Source: Pirellulales bacterium (lineage in GTDB: Bacteria; Planctomycetota; Planctomycetia; Pirellulales; JAICIG01). Taken from it: a stretch of 64,000 nucleotides of DNA. The number at the start of each line of letters is the position of its first letter. Position 1 is the stretch's first letter. The stretch is taken from positions 90,801 through 154,800 of the forward strand of contig JBBDYJ010000020.1 in the NCBI GenBank assembly GCA_040901675.1. Reading direction: 5' to 3'. The position numbers were made by a program, and so were the translations under genes. Of the stretch, positions 12,756 through 21,748 are shown piece by piece. Under the pieces are notes generated by a model that saw only the letters and a program-made list of their open reading frames with translations, was not told the origin of the DNA and did not search any database.

Positions 12756-13085
12756 TTAAGTCTCCTCGTTCTCCCGGATCTGCGCCTCAATCTCTTCGCG
12801 ATGCGCCCGCACGTAAGCCCAGGCGTTTGCGAGATCCTCAGCCCGCCAGCTCGGGTAGCTGCGGAGGATATCCGCCTCACGAACGCCCTGGCGATGCATC
12901 TCGTGCAGCACCCATACCGGAATCCGCGTCCGCACGATGCAAGGCTCGCCGCCACAGACGCCAGGCTGGCTCTCGATCCCCGGAAAGGCATCACCAAGGT
13001 CCCGCACCACCCATTGCAGAAGTTGGACCTTCTCGGCCCGGGTCAGCGACTCGAGCTTCTTTTCCAATTCGTCGAGGGCGCTCAT
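12756..13085 (-). CDS. DUF433 family protein (putative antitoxin)
   Basis: PGVCGGEPCIVRTRIPVW...ILRSYPSW.AEDL..A..Y. Confidence 0.9.
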   Translation of the reverse strand: MSALDELEKKLESLTRAEKVQLLQWVVRDLGDAFPGIESQPGVCGGEPCIVRTRIPVWVLHEMHRQGVREADILRSYPSWRAEDLANAWAYVRAHREEIEAQIRENEET

Positions 13086-13142
13086 GCTTCGCTCCGGCGG
13101 CCGGATGAACTGGGTTGATTCAGAGCAATTCTAGCGTGCCAT

Positions 13143-13228
13143 TGGCCGAGGCGGGACTCGAACCCGCACGGTGGTTACCCACCCCGGGATTTTAAGTCCC
13201 GTGCGTCTGCCTATTCCGCCACTCGGCC
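13143..13228 (-). tRNA. tRNA-Leu (anticodon UAA), CCA not encoded
   Basis: GGCCGAG/CTCGGCC acceptor stem; anticodon arm CGGGA-CTTAAAA-TCCCG; long variable arm; GGTTCGAGTCC T-arm. Confidence 0.96.
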
Positions 13229-13508
13229 TGATGCCCGAAAACTGGCGCTCCGGAACTGCGAGAATCCGCCGACAAAGCGAGTTTAGCAATTCCAGGGGAG
13301 CCGGCACAGCTTGCGAGCGCTTTCTTGGCGGTTCGTCCTTCATCAATCGGGCCTCGGCGGGCTACAATCCCTCCGCACGCCGGGGGGTGAAGGCGACAAG
13401 GGGACAAGGCGACCAGGCGACAAGGGGAAACGGGGGCGGACGAAGACTGGGGCACGCTACCGCTTTGCCACCAGCCACCCAAGAAGAGGACGAAAGGAGA
13501 TCGAAGCT

Positions 13509-13985
13509 TTGTATCCGGGAATCGACGGGTTTCTCTCGACGCGGGCCTCGTTCATGCTCGACGTGGTCTGCCTGGCCATGCTGCCGATCCTCATTGCCAT
13601 GGCCTGGAGCATCTGGCTGGTCCGCTACCGGCGGCGCTACCTGCTGCACAAACGCATCCAGCTCACGCTGGGTGCGCTGCTGCTGGCCACCGTCGCGGCG
13701 TTCGAGGCCGACATGCGGGTCAACGGCTGGCAGATGCGGGCTGAACCGTCTCCCTATTTCGATACCTGGGTTTTTTACAGCCTCTACATCCACCTGACCT
13801 TCGCCATCAGCTCGGCCGGACTCTGGATCGTGGTGATCGTCCGGGCGCTGCGGCGGTTCCCAAACCCGCCTGCCCCAGGCGCGCATTCGCCCTGGCACGT
13901 CTTCTGGGCCCGCCTGGCCGCACTCGACATGCTGGCCACCGCGCTGACCGGTTGGACGTTCTACTGGCTGGCGTTCGTGGCGTGA
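13509..13985 (+). CDS. DUF420-like membrane protein
   Basis: TTG start after AAGGAGA; four hydrophobic helices, HKRIQL, YIHL, final TGWTFYWLAF. Confidence 0.8.
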   Translation: MYPGIDGFLSTRASFMLDVVCLAMLPILIAMAWSIWLVRYRRRYLLHKRIQLTLGALLLATVAAFEADMRVNGWQMRAEPSPYFDTWVFYSLYIHLTFAISSAGLWIVVIVRALRRFPNPPAPGAHSPWHVFWARLAALDMLATALTGWTFYWLAFVA

Positions 13986-14123
13986 GCGTCGGGAAGGCAG
14001 AAGGAGGAAGGAGGAAGGAGGAATAAGAGCCCGCGGCGCCCGACTTCCGACCTCTGAGCACCGGCGGGCCCGGCGCAGCACGGCTTCGAGGGCCCGACAC
14101 GGCGGGGCCTCCAAGCAGTGGCA

Positions 14124-15698
14124 CTAGTTGGTTGCCGTTGCCTGGGTCGGCTCGTAAGGGCTCACGCGCTGGCCGTGGTGGCTGCCGCCGGCCGCGATCC
14201 GGTTGATGGCGTTCAGAAAGGCCTTGGCGCTGGCCTCGACGCTGTCGGTCGATACGCCGCGGCCGCGGAACATCTGTCCCTGGTGCTCGACCTCGACCGT
14301 CACCTCGCCCTGCGCGTCCTTGCCCACCGACACGCTGTGCACGCGGAAATCCTTGCACACCACCTCGATGCCGGTGATCTGCTCGATGGCCCAGAACAGC
14401 GCGTCGAATGGCCCGTCGCCGCTGGTGACCTCCCGCGTCACTTCCTCGCCCGCACGCGCCAGCGTCAGCGTGACCCGTGGCACCGTGCCGGTGCCGGAGG
14501 CCAGCCGGTAGTGCACCAGCGACCAGACGTCCGGCACGTCGCGGATCTGCTCGTCGATCAGGGCGGCAATGTCCGCGTCGTAGACTTCCTTCTTCTTGTC
14601 GGCCAACAGCTTGAACCGCTCGAAAACGGTCTGTAACTGCTCGCCCGTCAGGTGATAGCCCAGCGCCTTGACCCGGTCGGCCAGGGCCGCCCGGCCGCTG
14701 TGCTTGCCCAGCACCAGGTCGGTCTTGGCCAGGCCCACGTCCTCGGGGCGCATGATCTCGTAGGTCGAGCGTTCCTTGAGCATGCCATCCTGGTGGATGC
14801 CCGCCTCGTGGGCGAAGGCGTTGCGGCCCACGATGGCCTTGTTGCGCTGGACCTGGATGCCGGTGATGTTGGCGACCAGCCGGCTGGTCGGCACGAGCCG
14901 CTGCGTAACGACGCCGGTGCCGGCCTGGTAAAAGTCCTGCCGGGTGCGCAGCGCCATTACAACTTCTTCCAGCGAGCAGTTGCCGGCCCGCTCGCCGATG
15001 CCGTTGATCGTACACTCGATCTGCCCTGCCCCGTTCTCCACGGCGGCCAGGCTGTTGGCCACCGCCAGGCCCAGGTCGTTGTGGCAGTGGATGCTGATCA
15101 CCGCCCGGTCGATGTTGGCCACCCGCTCGCGCAGGGTGCGGATCACGGCGCCCATGTGGGCCGGCGTGGCATAGCCCACGGTGTCGGGGATGTTGACGGT
15201 GGTTGCTCCGGCATCGATGGCGGCCTCGACGACTTCGCAGAGGAAGTCGATCTCGGTCCGGGCGGCGTCTTCGGGCGAGAACTCGATGTCGTCGCAATAG
15301 CCGGCCGCGCGGCGGACCCCCTCGACGGCCCGGCGGATGATCTCGCTCTTGTCCATCCTGAGCTTGAACTCGCGATGGATGGCGCTGGTGGCCAGGAACA
15401 CGTGGATCCGCGGCTGCCTGGCGGGCTTGAGCGCTTCCCAGGCGCGGTCGATGTCCTGGTCGTTGCAGCGGGCCAGCCCGCACACGACGGCCCCGCGCAC
15501 GGTCTGGGCCACCTGGCGGACGGCCTCGAAGTCGCCGGGCGACGCGATCGGGAAGCCAGCCTCGATGACGTCGACGCCCAGCTCGACCAGCGCCTGGGCG
15601 ATCTCCATCTTCTCGGAAATGTTCATGCTGGCGCCGGGCGATTGTTCGCCGTCGCGCAGCGTGGTGTCGAATATCGTGATGCGTCGAGCAGCAGTCAT
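14124..15698 (-). CDS. leuA: 2-isopropylmalate synthase
   Basis: IFDTTLRDGEQSPG, IEAGFP, NIPDTVGY, HCHNDLGLAVANSL, GIGERAGN, HEAGIHQDG; C-terminal regulatory domain. Confidence 0.97.
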   Translation of the reverse strand: MTAARRITIFDTTLRDGEQSPGASMNISEKMEIAQALVELGVDVIEAGFPIASPGDFEAVRQVAQTVRGAVVCGLARCNDQDIDRAWEALKPARQPRIHVFLATSAIHREFKLRMDKSEIIRRAVEGVRRAAGYCDDIEFSPEDAARTEIDFLCEVVEAAIDAGATTVNIPDTVGYATPAHMGAVIRTLRERVANIDRAVISIHCHNDLGLAVANSLAAVENGAGQIECTINGIGERAGNCSLEEVVMALRTRQDFYQAGTGVVTQRLVPTSRLVANITGIQVQRNKAIVGRNAFAHEAGIHQDGMLKERSTYEIMRPEDVGLAKTDLVLGKHSGRAALADRVKALGYHLTGEQLQTVFERFKLLADKKKEVYDADIAALIDEQIRDVPDVWSLVHYRLASGTGTVPRVTLTLARAGEEVTREVTSGDGPFDALFWAIEQITGIEVVCKDFRVHSVSVGKDAQGEVTVEVEHQGQMFRGRGVSTDSVEASAKAFLNAINRIAAGGSHHGQRVSPYEPTQATATN

Positions 15699-15857
15699 GA
15701 CTTGAGTTTCCTGTTCAAAGAGTACGGATGCGGTCAGAACAAACGAGTCGCGGTTGGCCGACCCCAGGTCGGCCCAGGCAACACCAACCGCGCCCCCGCC
15801 GCTGGACCACAGTACACCCGCATCTTCCGCAGCATCGCAAAGCACCTCATAAGCAAC

Positions 15858-15886
15858 AAAAAACCCCAAGGCCGCGGGCCTTAGGG
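15858..15886 (-). terminator. Attenuator terminator upstream of leuA
   Basis: CCCTAAGGCC-CGC-GGCCTTGGGG-TTTTTT on the minus strand. Confidence 0.9.
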
Positions 15887-15929
15887 TTCGTGAAATCTGG
15901 TCAGGCAGTCGATTTCGGTCAGGCGAACC

Positions 15930-15989
15930 CTAGGGCCTCCGCCGGCTAAGCGCTAGCAACAACAGAGGGAGTAAGCTGCCGAGCATCAT
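15930..15989 (-). CDS. Leucine-rich attenuator leader peptide (19 aa)
   Basis: MMLGSLLPLLLLALSRRRP*: 8 Leu codons including TTA, CTA, TTG, TTG; directly precedes the antiterminator and terminator. Confidence 0.85.
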   Translation of the reverse strand: MMLGSLLPLLLLALSRRRP

Positions 15990-16070
15990 CGGTGTACACC
16001 TGAATAGAGATTGTCGGCTGTTTCCCGCCGATGAGTGGAGTTTAGCCGAGCGATTGGGCAGGGTCAAGCG

Positions 16071-16150
16071 ACAGAAATCAGAAGTCGGAGGTCAGAGTCA
16101 AGGGACAGGGGTTCCGCCTGCGGCGGACTTGTAGCCCATCAGAGGTCAGA
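16071..16150 (+). repeat. Heptamer (AGAGGTC-like) tract around a short palindrome
   Basis: Core GGTTCCGCCTGCGGCGGACTTGTAGC (16110-16135) matches the reverse complement of 36827-36852 at 24/26. Confidence 0.7.
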
Positions 16151-16380
16151 AGCGCGCAAGCGGACTTCCGGCTGTAGGCCGCATCCGGTATCCGCGGATA
16201 TGGCTCAATGGGCGGGAGCGGGGCGGACGAAAAAAGACCAAAGCGGGCAAAGAAGCTGCCAGGAGGATGTTGTGCGCTGAGAAAGCCTGGCGAGCGATTG
16301 TGCACGGCACAAAGGGCCTATTGAGCGCCAACTGCGTTTCGGGTACCCTGCTCCGCCCGGCCCGCAGTCGCGCCAGCCCC

Positions 16381-16866
16381 ATGGATTACGAAGTACAACG
16401 TTGCACCCGCCATTGTGCCGCCAGCGGTCGCCAGTTGGTCGAGGGCGAGGAGTTCTTCTCCACGCTGGTGGCCGAGGGGGCCGAGGTCCGGCGTTACGAC
16501 TACGCGGCCGAGAGCTGGGCGGGGCCGCCTGACGGGAATTTGGGCTGGTGGAAGTCGCGGATGCCGACGCGCGAATCGAAAAAGGCCCGGCTGGCGCCCA
16601 GCGAGGTCTTACTGGAACTCTTCGCCGAACTGGAAGGCGAGCCGGAAAGGCACGACATGCGATACATCCTGGCGCTGCTGTTGATCCGCCGCCGCGTGCT
16701 GCGGCTGGAAGACACTCAGCACGACGAGCAAGGGCGCGAGAAGCTCGTGCTCTATTGCCCCAGGGACGAGAGCACGCACGAGGTGACGAGCGTGATGCCC
16801 GGCGACGAGCGGATCCAGGAGATCCAGAACGAACTTGCCCGGTTGCTGTTTGCCAGCGCGACATGA
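16381..16866 (+). CDS. Hypothetical protein
   Basis: MDYEVQRCTRHCAASGRQL...RYILALLLIRRRVLR; typical high-GC codon usage. Confidence 0.8.
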   Translation: MDYEVQRCTRHCAASGRQLVEGEEFFSTLVAEGAEVRRYDYAAESWAGPPDGNLGWWKSRMPTRESKKARLAPSEVLLELFAELEGEPERHDMRYILALLLIRRRVLRLEDTQHDEQGREKLVLYCPRDESTHEVTSVMPGDERIQEIQNELARLLFASAT

Positions 16867-17738
16867 AACACTGCTCCCAGGATCGAACCCGCATGGTCCG
16901 CCCGCGGCACATGGCGCTCTGGCTGCTGGTGCTGGTCACCTCCGCCAGCGGCGCCAGTTGCCCGCAGTTCCTGAACACGTACACTCCGCCGGCCGCGCGG
17001 GCGCTGCCCGCCGGGCCCACGTTGTCCCAGATCACGGCCGTGGTCAACGACAACAGCAATAAAGTCGTTTCGCTCTACACCGACGACGCCTCCATCAGCG
17101 TGCCGCGCGCGCCGACCATCCGCGCCAGCCTGGCGCTGGACCGTCCCCTGCGGTTTCGGCTGCGAGGCGAAACGCGCCTGACCGGCCCAGAAGTCGACCT
17201 GGGCAGCAACGAGGAGCTCTTCTGGTTCTGGGTCCGCCGCGATCCGAGCCAGGCCGTGTACCACTGCCGCCACGATCAGTTCCATTCCAGCTCGGCGGCC
17301 ATGGTGCTGCCGGTCGAGCCGCATTGGCTGATCGAGGCCTTGGGCCTGGTGTACTTCGACCCGGCGCTGGCGCACCAAGGGCCCTTCCCCGCCGGGCAGG
17401 GCCGCCTGCAGATCCTGACGCCGCTGGAGACGCCCCGAGGACAGATGACCAAGGTGACGGTGATCGACGAGGCGCGGGGCTGGGTGTTGGGTCAGCATCT
17501 CTATGACGCGCGCAACCAGTTGGTCGCCAGCGCGCTGGCCGGCCAGCACCAGCGCGATCCATTGAGCGAGGTCACGCTGCCGAGCCGGGTGGAGATTCAC
17601 TGGCCGGCCACGCAGTTTTCGATGCGGATCGAGCTGAAGAACGTGGCCATCAATCAGCTCCCGCGGAACCAGGACCTGCTCTGGTCCCTGCCCGACTACC
17701 AGGGGTACACGCCGGTTGACCTGGCGCGCTGGCGATGA
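16863..17738 (+). CDS. Hypothetical exported/lipoprotein-like protein
   Basis: ATGA overlap with the upstream gene; hydrophobic N-terminus then ASGASC; GPEVDLGSNEELFWFW. Confidence 0.75.
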   Translation: MKHCSQDRTRMVRPRHMALWLLVLVTSASGASCPQFLNTYTPPAARALPAGPTLSQITAVVNDNSNKVVSLYTDDASISVPRAPTIRASLALDRPLRFRLRGETRLTGPEVDLGSNEELFWFWVRRDPSQAVYHCRHDQFHSSSAAMVLPVEPHWLIEALGLVYFDPALAHQGPFPAGQGRLQILTPLETPRGQMTKVTVIDEARGWVLGQHLYDARNQLVASALAGQHQRDPLSEVTLPSRVEIHWPATQFSMRIELKNVAINQLPRNQDLLWSLPDYQGYTPVDLARWR

Positions 17739-17878
17739 ACGTCCAAGACCGGACGCTCGAGTATCCGAAGGGCCTGCCGAGGCAGCCCGTGCGGGCGAAT
17801 CCGGAATAGATAGCCGCACGGCCAGAAGCGAGATAGAATTACTAATGGATCTATTCACGACCCATCAGCGGATTCAAC

Positions 17879-18151
17879 ATGGCTACCGATCTCCATAAGC
17901 TAATTCGAGAAGTGCAGTCGCTTCCGGCGGACCAGCAGCGGCGACTTCGCGAGGTGCTTGATCAGAACCTTGCCGCGGGAAGTTCAGCCGGCCCGACGGC
18001 GGAGGAGCAGCTTGAACAGCAGTTGTTCGCGGACGGCCTGCTGAGCGAGATCAAGCGCCCACCAAACGCGCCAACGGCATGCGGACGCAGCCCGCGCGTC
18101 GACATCCAGGGAAAGCCCCTTTCGGAAACGGTGGTCGAGGAGCGGCGATAG
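17879..18151 (+). CDS. Putative VapB-like antitoxin
   Basis: 90 aa ending GKPLSETVVEERR, abutting a PIN gene. Confidence 0.8.
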   Translation: MATDLHKLIREVQSLPADQQRRLREVLDQNLAAGSSAGPTAEEQLEQQLFADGLLSEIKRPPNAPTACGRSPRVDIQGKPLSETVVEERR

Positions 18152-18616
18152 TTGCCTGTTTATTTCTTCGACACCAGCGCTTTGGTAAAGCGATACGTCA
18201 ATGAAGTCGGATCGTCGTGGGTGGACCGCATCAGCGATCCCGCAACCGGAAACGACATCTACATCGTCCGCATCACCGAGGTGGAAACCACTGCCGCCGC
18301 GGTTCGCCGCCAGCGAGGAGGAACCCTTTCTGCTTCGGACACGGCAACGGTCCTGTCTCAGTTCCGGCGGGACATTGCCAATGAGTACCGGGTTATCGAG
18401 GTGGACCGGCTGCTGCTGTCTGCTGCCGCTTCTCTCGCCGAAAAGCATGGCTTGCGGGCATATGATGCTGTGCAATTGGCGGCAGCTTTGGAAGTGAATG
18501 TCCGCTGCTCCAAGCTATCGCTGGGCCCTCTCATTGTCGTTTCCGCCGACGGCGAACTGAATGCGGCCGCGATGGCGGACGGGCTTGCCGTGGAGAATCC
18601 CAACGCCCATCCGTGA
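18152..18616 (+). CDS. vapC: PIN-domain VapC toxin
   Basis: YFFDTSALVKRY...LRAYDAVQLAAAL...VSADGELNAAA. Confidence 0.92.
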   Translation: MPVYFFDTSALVKRYVNEVGSSWVDRISDPATGNDIYIVRITEVETTAAAVRRQRGGTLSASDTATVLSQFRRDIANEYRVIEVDRLLLSAAASLAEKHGLRAYDAVQLAAALEVNVRCSKLSLGPLIVVSADGELNAAAMADGLAVENPNAHP

Positions 18617-18630
18617 ATTGATGCAAGGCA

Positions 18631-19794
18631 CTAGATCTCGCGCAGCGCGTCGACGATTTTCATGCGGGTGGCGCGGATGGCGGGCAGCAGGCCGCCTAAC
18701 AGACCCATGAAGACTGCCAGCACGACGCCGTAGGCCAGCACGTCGGGCCCGAAGCGGAAGGCAAAGGTCAACTCGCTGAAAGTGACCCAATTGGCGGTGC
18801 CGGTGGAGAGGCCGTTGATGGGCAGCGTGGCCAGCGAGCCCAGGGCGCCGCCGGCCAGGCACAACACCAGCGATTCGAGCAGGAAGCCGCCCATGATGCC
18901 GAGGCGGCCGAAGCCCAGTGCCCGCAAGGTGCCGATCTCGCGGCTACGGGCGGCCACGGCGCCGAACATGGTATTTGCCACCGCGAACAGGGCGCCGATG
19001 GTCAGGAAGGTGGAGATGATCCGGCCGACAATCTTGATCGCCGCGCCGGCCACGGCCTGATCTTGATAGTACTCGGCTTCGGTCACCGCCTTGAGCGCGA
19101 ATCGTTCGTCGTCGGCCAGTCTCTTCTTGAGCTTCCCCATGGCGTCGGCGCTTGCCGAGCGAATCTGCACGGAGGAGACGGCGCCTTCGCGCTTGCTGGC
19201 CTGGCCGAGAATCTTCACGTCGGTCCAGATTTCGGACTCGATGGCGCTGTCGCCGGCCTCGAACAAACCGACAATCCGAAACGTGGTGCCCAGGGCCTTG
19301 AACTCCTCTCCCAGGCCGGCGTTCTGGAACCGCGCGGCGACGGAGCGGCTGGTGATGGCTTCGCGCAGGCCCGGCTTGAAGTCACGCCCCTCGACCAGGC
19401 GGAAACCGGGGCGAAGTTGCCGGGCGACGGGGGTGACGCCGCGGAGGATCAAGTTGGTCCGCCCCCCCTCATTCCGGCGGACGGTATTGACCACGATCAC
19501 CAGCTCGGGCGACGCAAATGGCCGGCCTTGCGGGTCGGTCGCAATGCCGGGCAGCGTGACGATCTGGCGAACCCGCTCGTCTTCAATGCCACTGCTGGTC
19601 TCGGAGGTTGCTCCCTTGCGCAGGGCAATGAGATCCAAGGGGTCGCTGGAGACTTCGAGCGTGTGATCGAGGCCGGCGCCCAGGCCGAAGGCCAATACGG
19701 AGGCCCACACCACCAGTCCTGTCCCCAGGACGGTCAAGAGCGAGGCCACCCAACGGGCACGCAGGCTGCGGAGGTTGTATTTGACTGGAACCAT
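18631..19794 (-). CDS. ABC transporter permease (MacB/FtsX family)
   Basis: MVPVKYNLRSLRAR; RSREIGTLRALGF; GGLLPAIRATRMKIVDALR. Confidence 0.9.
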   Translation of the reverse strand: MVPVKYNLRSLRARWVASLLTVLGTGLVVWASVLAFGLGAGLDHTLEVSSDPLDLIALRKGATSETSSGIEDERVRQIVTLPGIATDPQGRPFASPELVIVVNTVRRNEGGRTNLILRGVTPVARQLRPGFRLVEGRDFKPGLREAITSRSVAARFQNAGLGEEFKALGTTFRIVGLFEAGDSAIESEIWTDVKILGQASKREGAVSSVQIRSASADAMGKLKKRLADDERFALKAVTEAEYYQDQAVAGAAIKIVGRIISTFLTIGALFAVANTMFGAVAARSREIGTLRALGFGRLGIMGGFLLESLVLCLAGGALGSLATLPINGLSTGTANWVTFSELTFAFRFGPDVLAYGVVLAVFMGLLGGLLPAIRATRMKIVDALREI

Positions 19795-19795
19795 G

Positions 19796-20962
19796 TCAAA
19801 CCACTCGGCGGAGTCCATCGACGACCGACATGCGCGCGGCCCGCCAGGCGGGCACCGCGCCGCTGGTGAGCCCCACGACCGCGGCCAGCGACAATCCGAG
19901 CCAGACGGTGTTCCAGGGGACGTAAAACATGTTGAGCATTGGCACGCCAAGCATGCCGGGCTCGATCACCTCGAAGAGCAGCTTTCCGCCCAGCACGCCC
20001 AGCACGCCGCCGGTCAGGGAGATGGCCAGCGCCTCGCCGAGGACCAGCACCAGCACCAACCAGCGCTGAAACCCGATGGCCTTGAGCACGGCGACCTCGC
20101 GGGTCCGCTCGCGGAGCGACATGGCCATGGCGTTGCCGGCCACGCAAACCAGCGAGACGACCACGGCCAGGGCTGTATTGCGGATAAAGGCCTGGACGTT
20201 GCCGATCATCTCGGTAAACATTTGTGAGAAGGCCTCCTCGGTCATGGCGCGGACCGGTTCGCCCGAGTTGAGGAAGCGTTGTTCGATGCGCTGGGGGAGC
20301 TGGTTGACGGCACCGGCCGATTCGGCCTTGAGCATGATGGTGCCGACCTGTCCGGCGATGGGGCTGCGCTTGCTCTTGAGCAGCTCGTCGAGATACTCGT
20401 AGTGGAACCAGAGCATTTCGAGGTCGGCGGTCGAGGGTCCGTCGTAGATGCCATCGACCGTCAGATCAAGATTGCAGTCGTAGATGTCGCCTTTGAGCGG
20501 GATCTTGTCGCCGATTTTCCAGCCCCTGTTGGCGGCGATCTTGCGGCCGACGACGCACCCGGTGCGGTCGGACTGCCAGGCGGCGAGCTGCTCGGGCGGC
20601 ACGTGATACTCCGCAAACACCCGAAATACCGTGCCCGGATCGGTGGCAAATTGGGCGAACATCGACATCCGGTCGTCCTTGTAGATCCCGCCGAACCACG
20701 ACATGGGGGCGGCCGCCTGGACGCCCTTGATTGCCCGCACGTCGTCCAGGTGGGCGGCGGGCAACAGATCGGTGAGGCCGTTGCGATGCGTGAGCACCAG
20801 GCGGTGGTACTGGGCGGAACGAGCAGCCAGCTCGTCCTGAAAGCCGATATAGGCATACAGCAACGTGACCAGAAAGAGGCTGAAGCCGATGGAGAGCACC
20901 GTGAAGGCGCTGCGGAGCTTATGCCGCAAGACGTTCTTGATAATGTAAGGCAGGAATCTCAC
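19796..20962 (-). CDS. ABC transporter permease (MacB/FtsX family)
   Basis: RERTREVAVLKAIGF; PAWRAARMSVVDGLR. Confidence 0.9.
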   Translation of the reverse strand: MRFLPYIIKNVLRHKLRSAFTVLSIGFSLFLVTLLYAYIGFQDELAARSAQYHRLVLTHRNGLTDLLPAAHLDDVRAIKGVQAAAPMSWFGGIYKDDRMSMFAQFATDPGTVFRVFAEYHVPPEQLAAWQSDRTGCVVGRKIAANRGWKIGDKIPLKGDIYDCNLDLTVDGIYDGPSTADLEMLWFHYEYLDELLKSKRSPIAGQVGTIMLKAESAGAVNQLPQRIEQRFLNSGEPVRAMTEEAFSQMFTEMIGNVQAFIRNTALAVVVSLVCVAGNAMAMSLRERTREVAVLKAIGFQRWLVLVLVLGEALAISLTGGVLGVLGGKLLFEVIEPGMLGVPMLNMFYVPWNTVWLGLSLAAVVGLTSGAVPAWRAARMSVVDGLRRVV

Positions 20963-21678
20963 GAGGCGGCCTCCAACGTGCCGAGCTCACGCTCGACAAA
21001 CGTGCCCTTGTCCAGGTGCAGGATGCGGTGGGCGCGGCGAGCGGCCCGCGGGTCGTGCGTGACCATGATAATCGTCTTGCCAAACTGGCCGTTGAGCAGC
21101 TCGAGCAGGTCGAGGACCTCGACGGCGGCGATGGCGTCGAGGTTGCCGGTCGGCTCGTCGGCCAATAGCAGCATCGGATCGTTGACCAGGGCACGGGCCA
21201 CGGCCACGCGCTGCTCCTGGCCTCCGGAAAGCTGCCGGGGGTAGTGATCCATGCGATCGGCCAGCCCGACGATCTTCAGCGCGGTCCGCACGTGCTCGGC
21301 GCGTTGGCGGCGGCCGAGCGGCGTGAGCAACAGCGGCAGCTCCACGTTTTCAAACGCGGTCAGCACGGGCATCAGGTTGTAGAGTTGAAAGATGAAACCC
21401 AGATGCCGCGAGCGCCAGCGGGTGAGCGCGCTGTCGGACAGTTCGCCCAAATCCTGGTCGCCAACTGAAATCGATCCGGTCGACGGGCGGTCCAGGCCCG
21501 CCACCAGGTTCAAGAGCGTCGATTTGCCCGAACCAGAGGGTCCCATCACCGCCAGGAATTCACCGGGCGCGATGTCGAGGTTGGTGTCGGCCAGGACCGG
21601 GATGCAGATCCGGTCGCGGTAATAATCCTTGGAAACGCCGCGAAGCTGAACCAGTGCCGTCAAGGTGTCGCCTGCCAT
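20959..21678 (-). CDS. ABC transporter ATP-binding protein
   Basis: GPSGSGKST, LSGGQEQR, LLADEPTGNLD, VTHD. Confidence 0.96.
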   Translation of the reverse strand: MAGDTLTALVQLRGVSKDYYRDRICIPVLADTNLDIAPGEFLAVMGPSGSGKSTLLNLVAGLDRPSTGSISVGDQDLGELSDSALTRWRSRHLGFIFQLYNLMPVLTAFENVELPLLLTPLGRRQRAEHVRTALKIVGLADRMDHYPRQLSGGQEQRVAVARALVNDPMLLLADEPTGNLDAIAAVEVLDLLELLNGQFGKTIIMVTHDPRAARRAHRILHLDKGTFVERELGTLEAAS

Positions 21679-21748
21679 CGAAGCTGCTCGTTCTTTTGGG
21701 GACCGCTTGGGTTGCCGGGGACCGGGGCCGTGCTTTCACACGCGCCCT

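Noticed and set aside
15699..15869. N-terminal extension of leuA
   Set aside because: Begins inside the attenuator terminator; homology starts at MTAARRITIFDTT.
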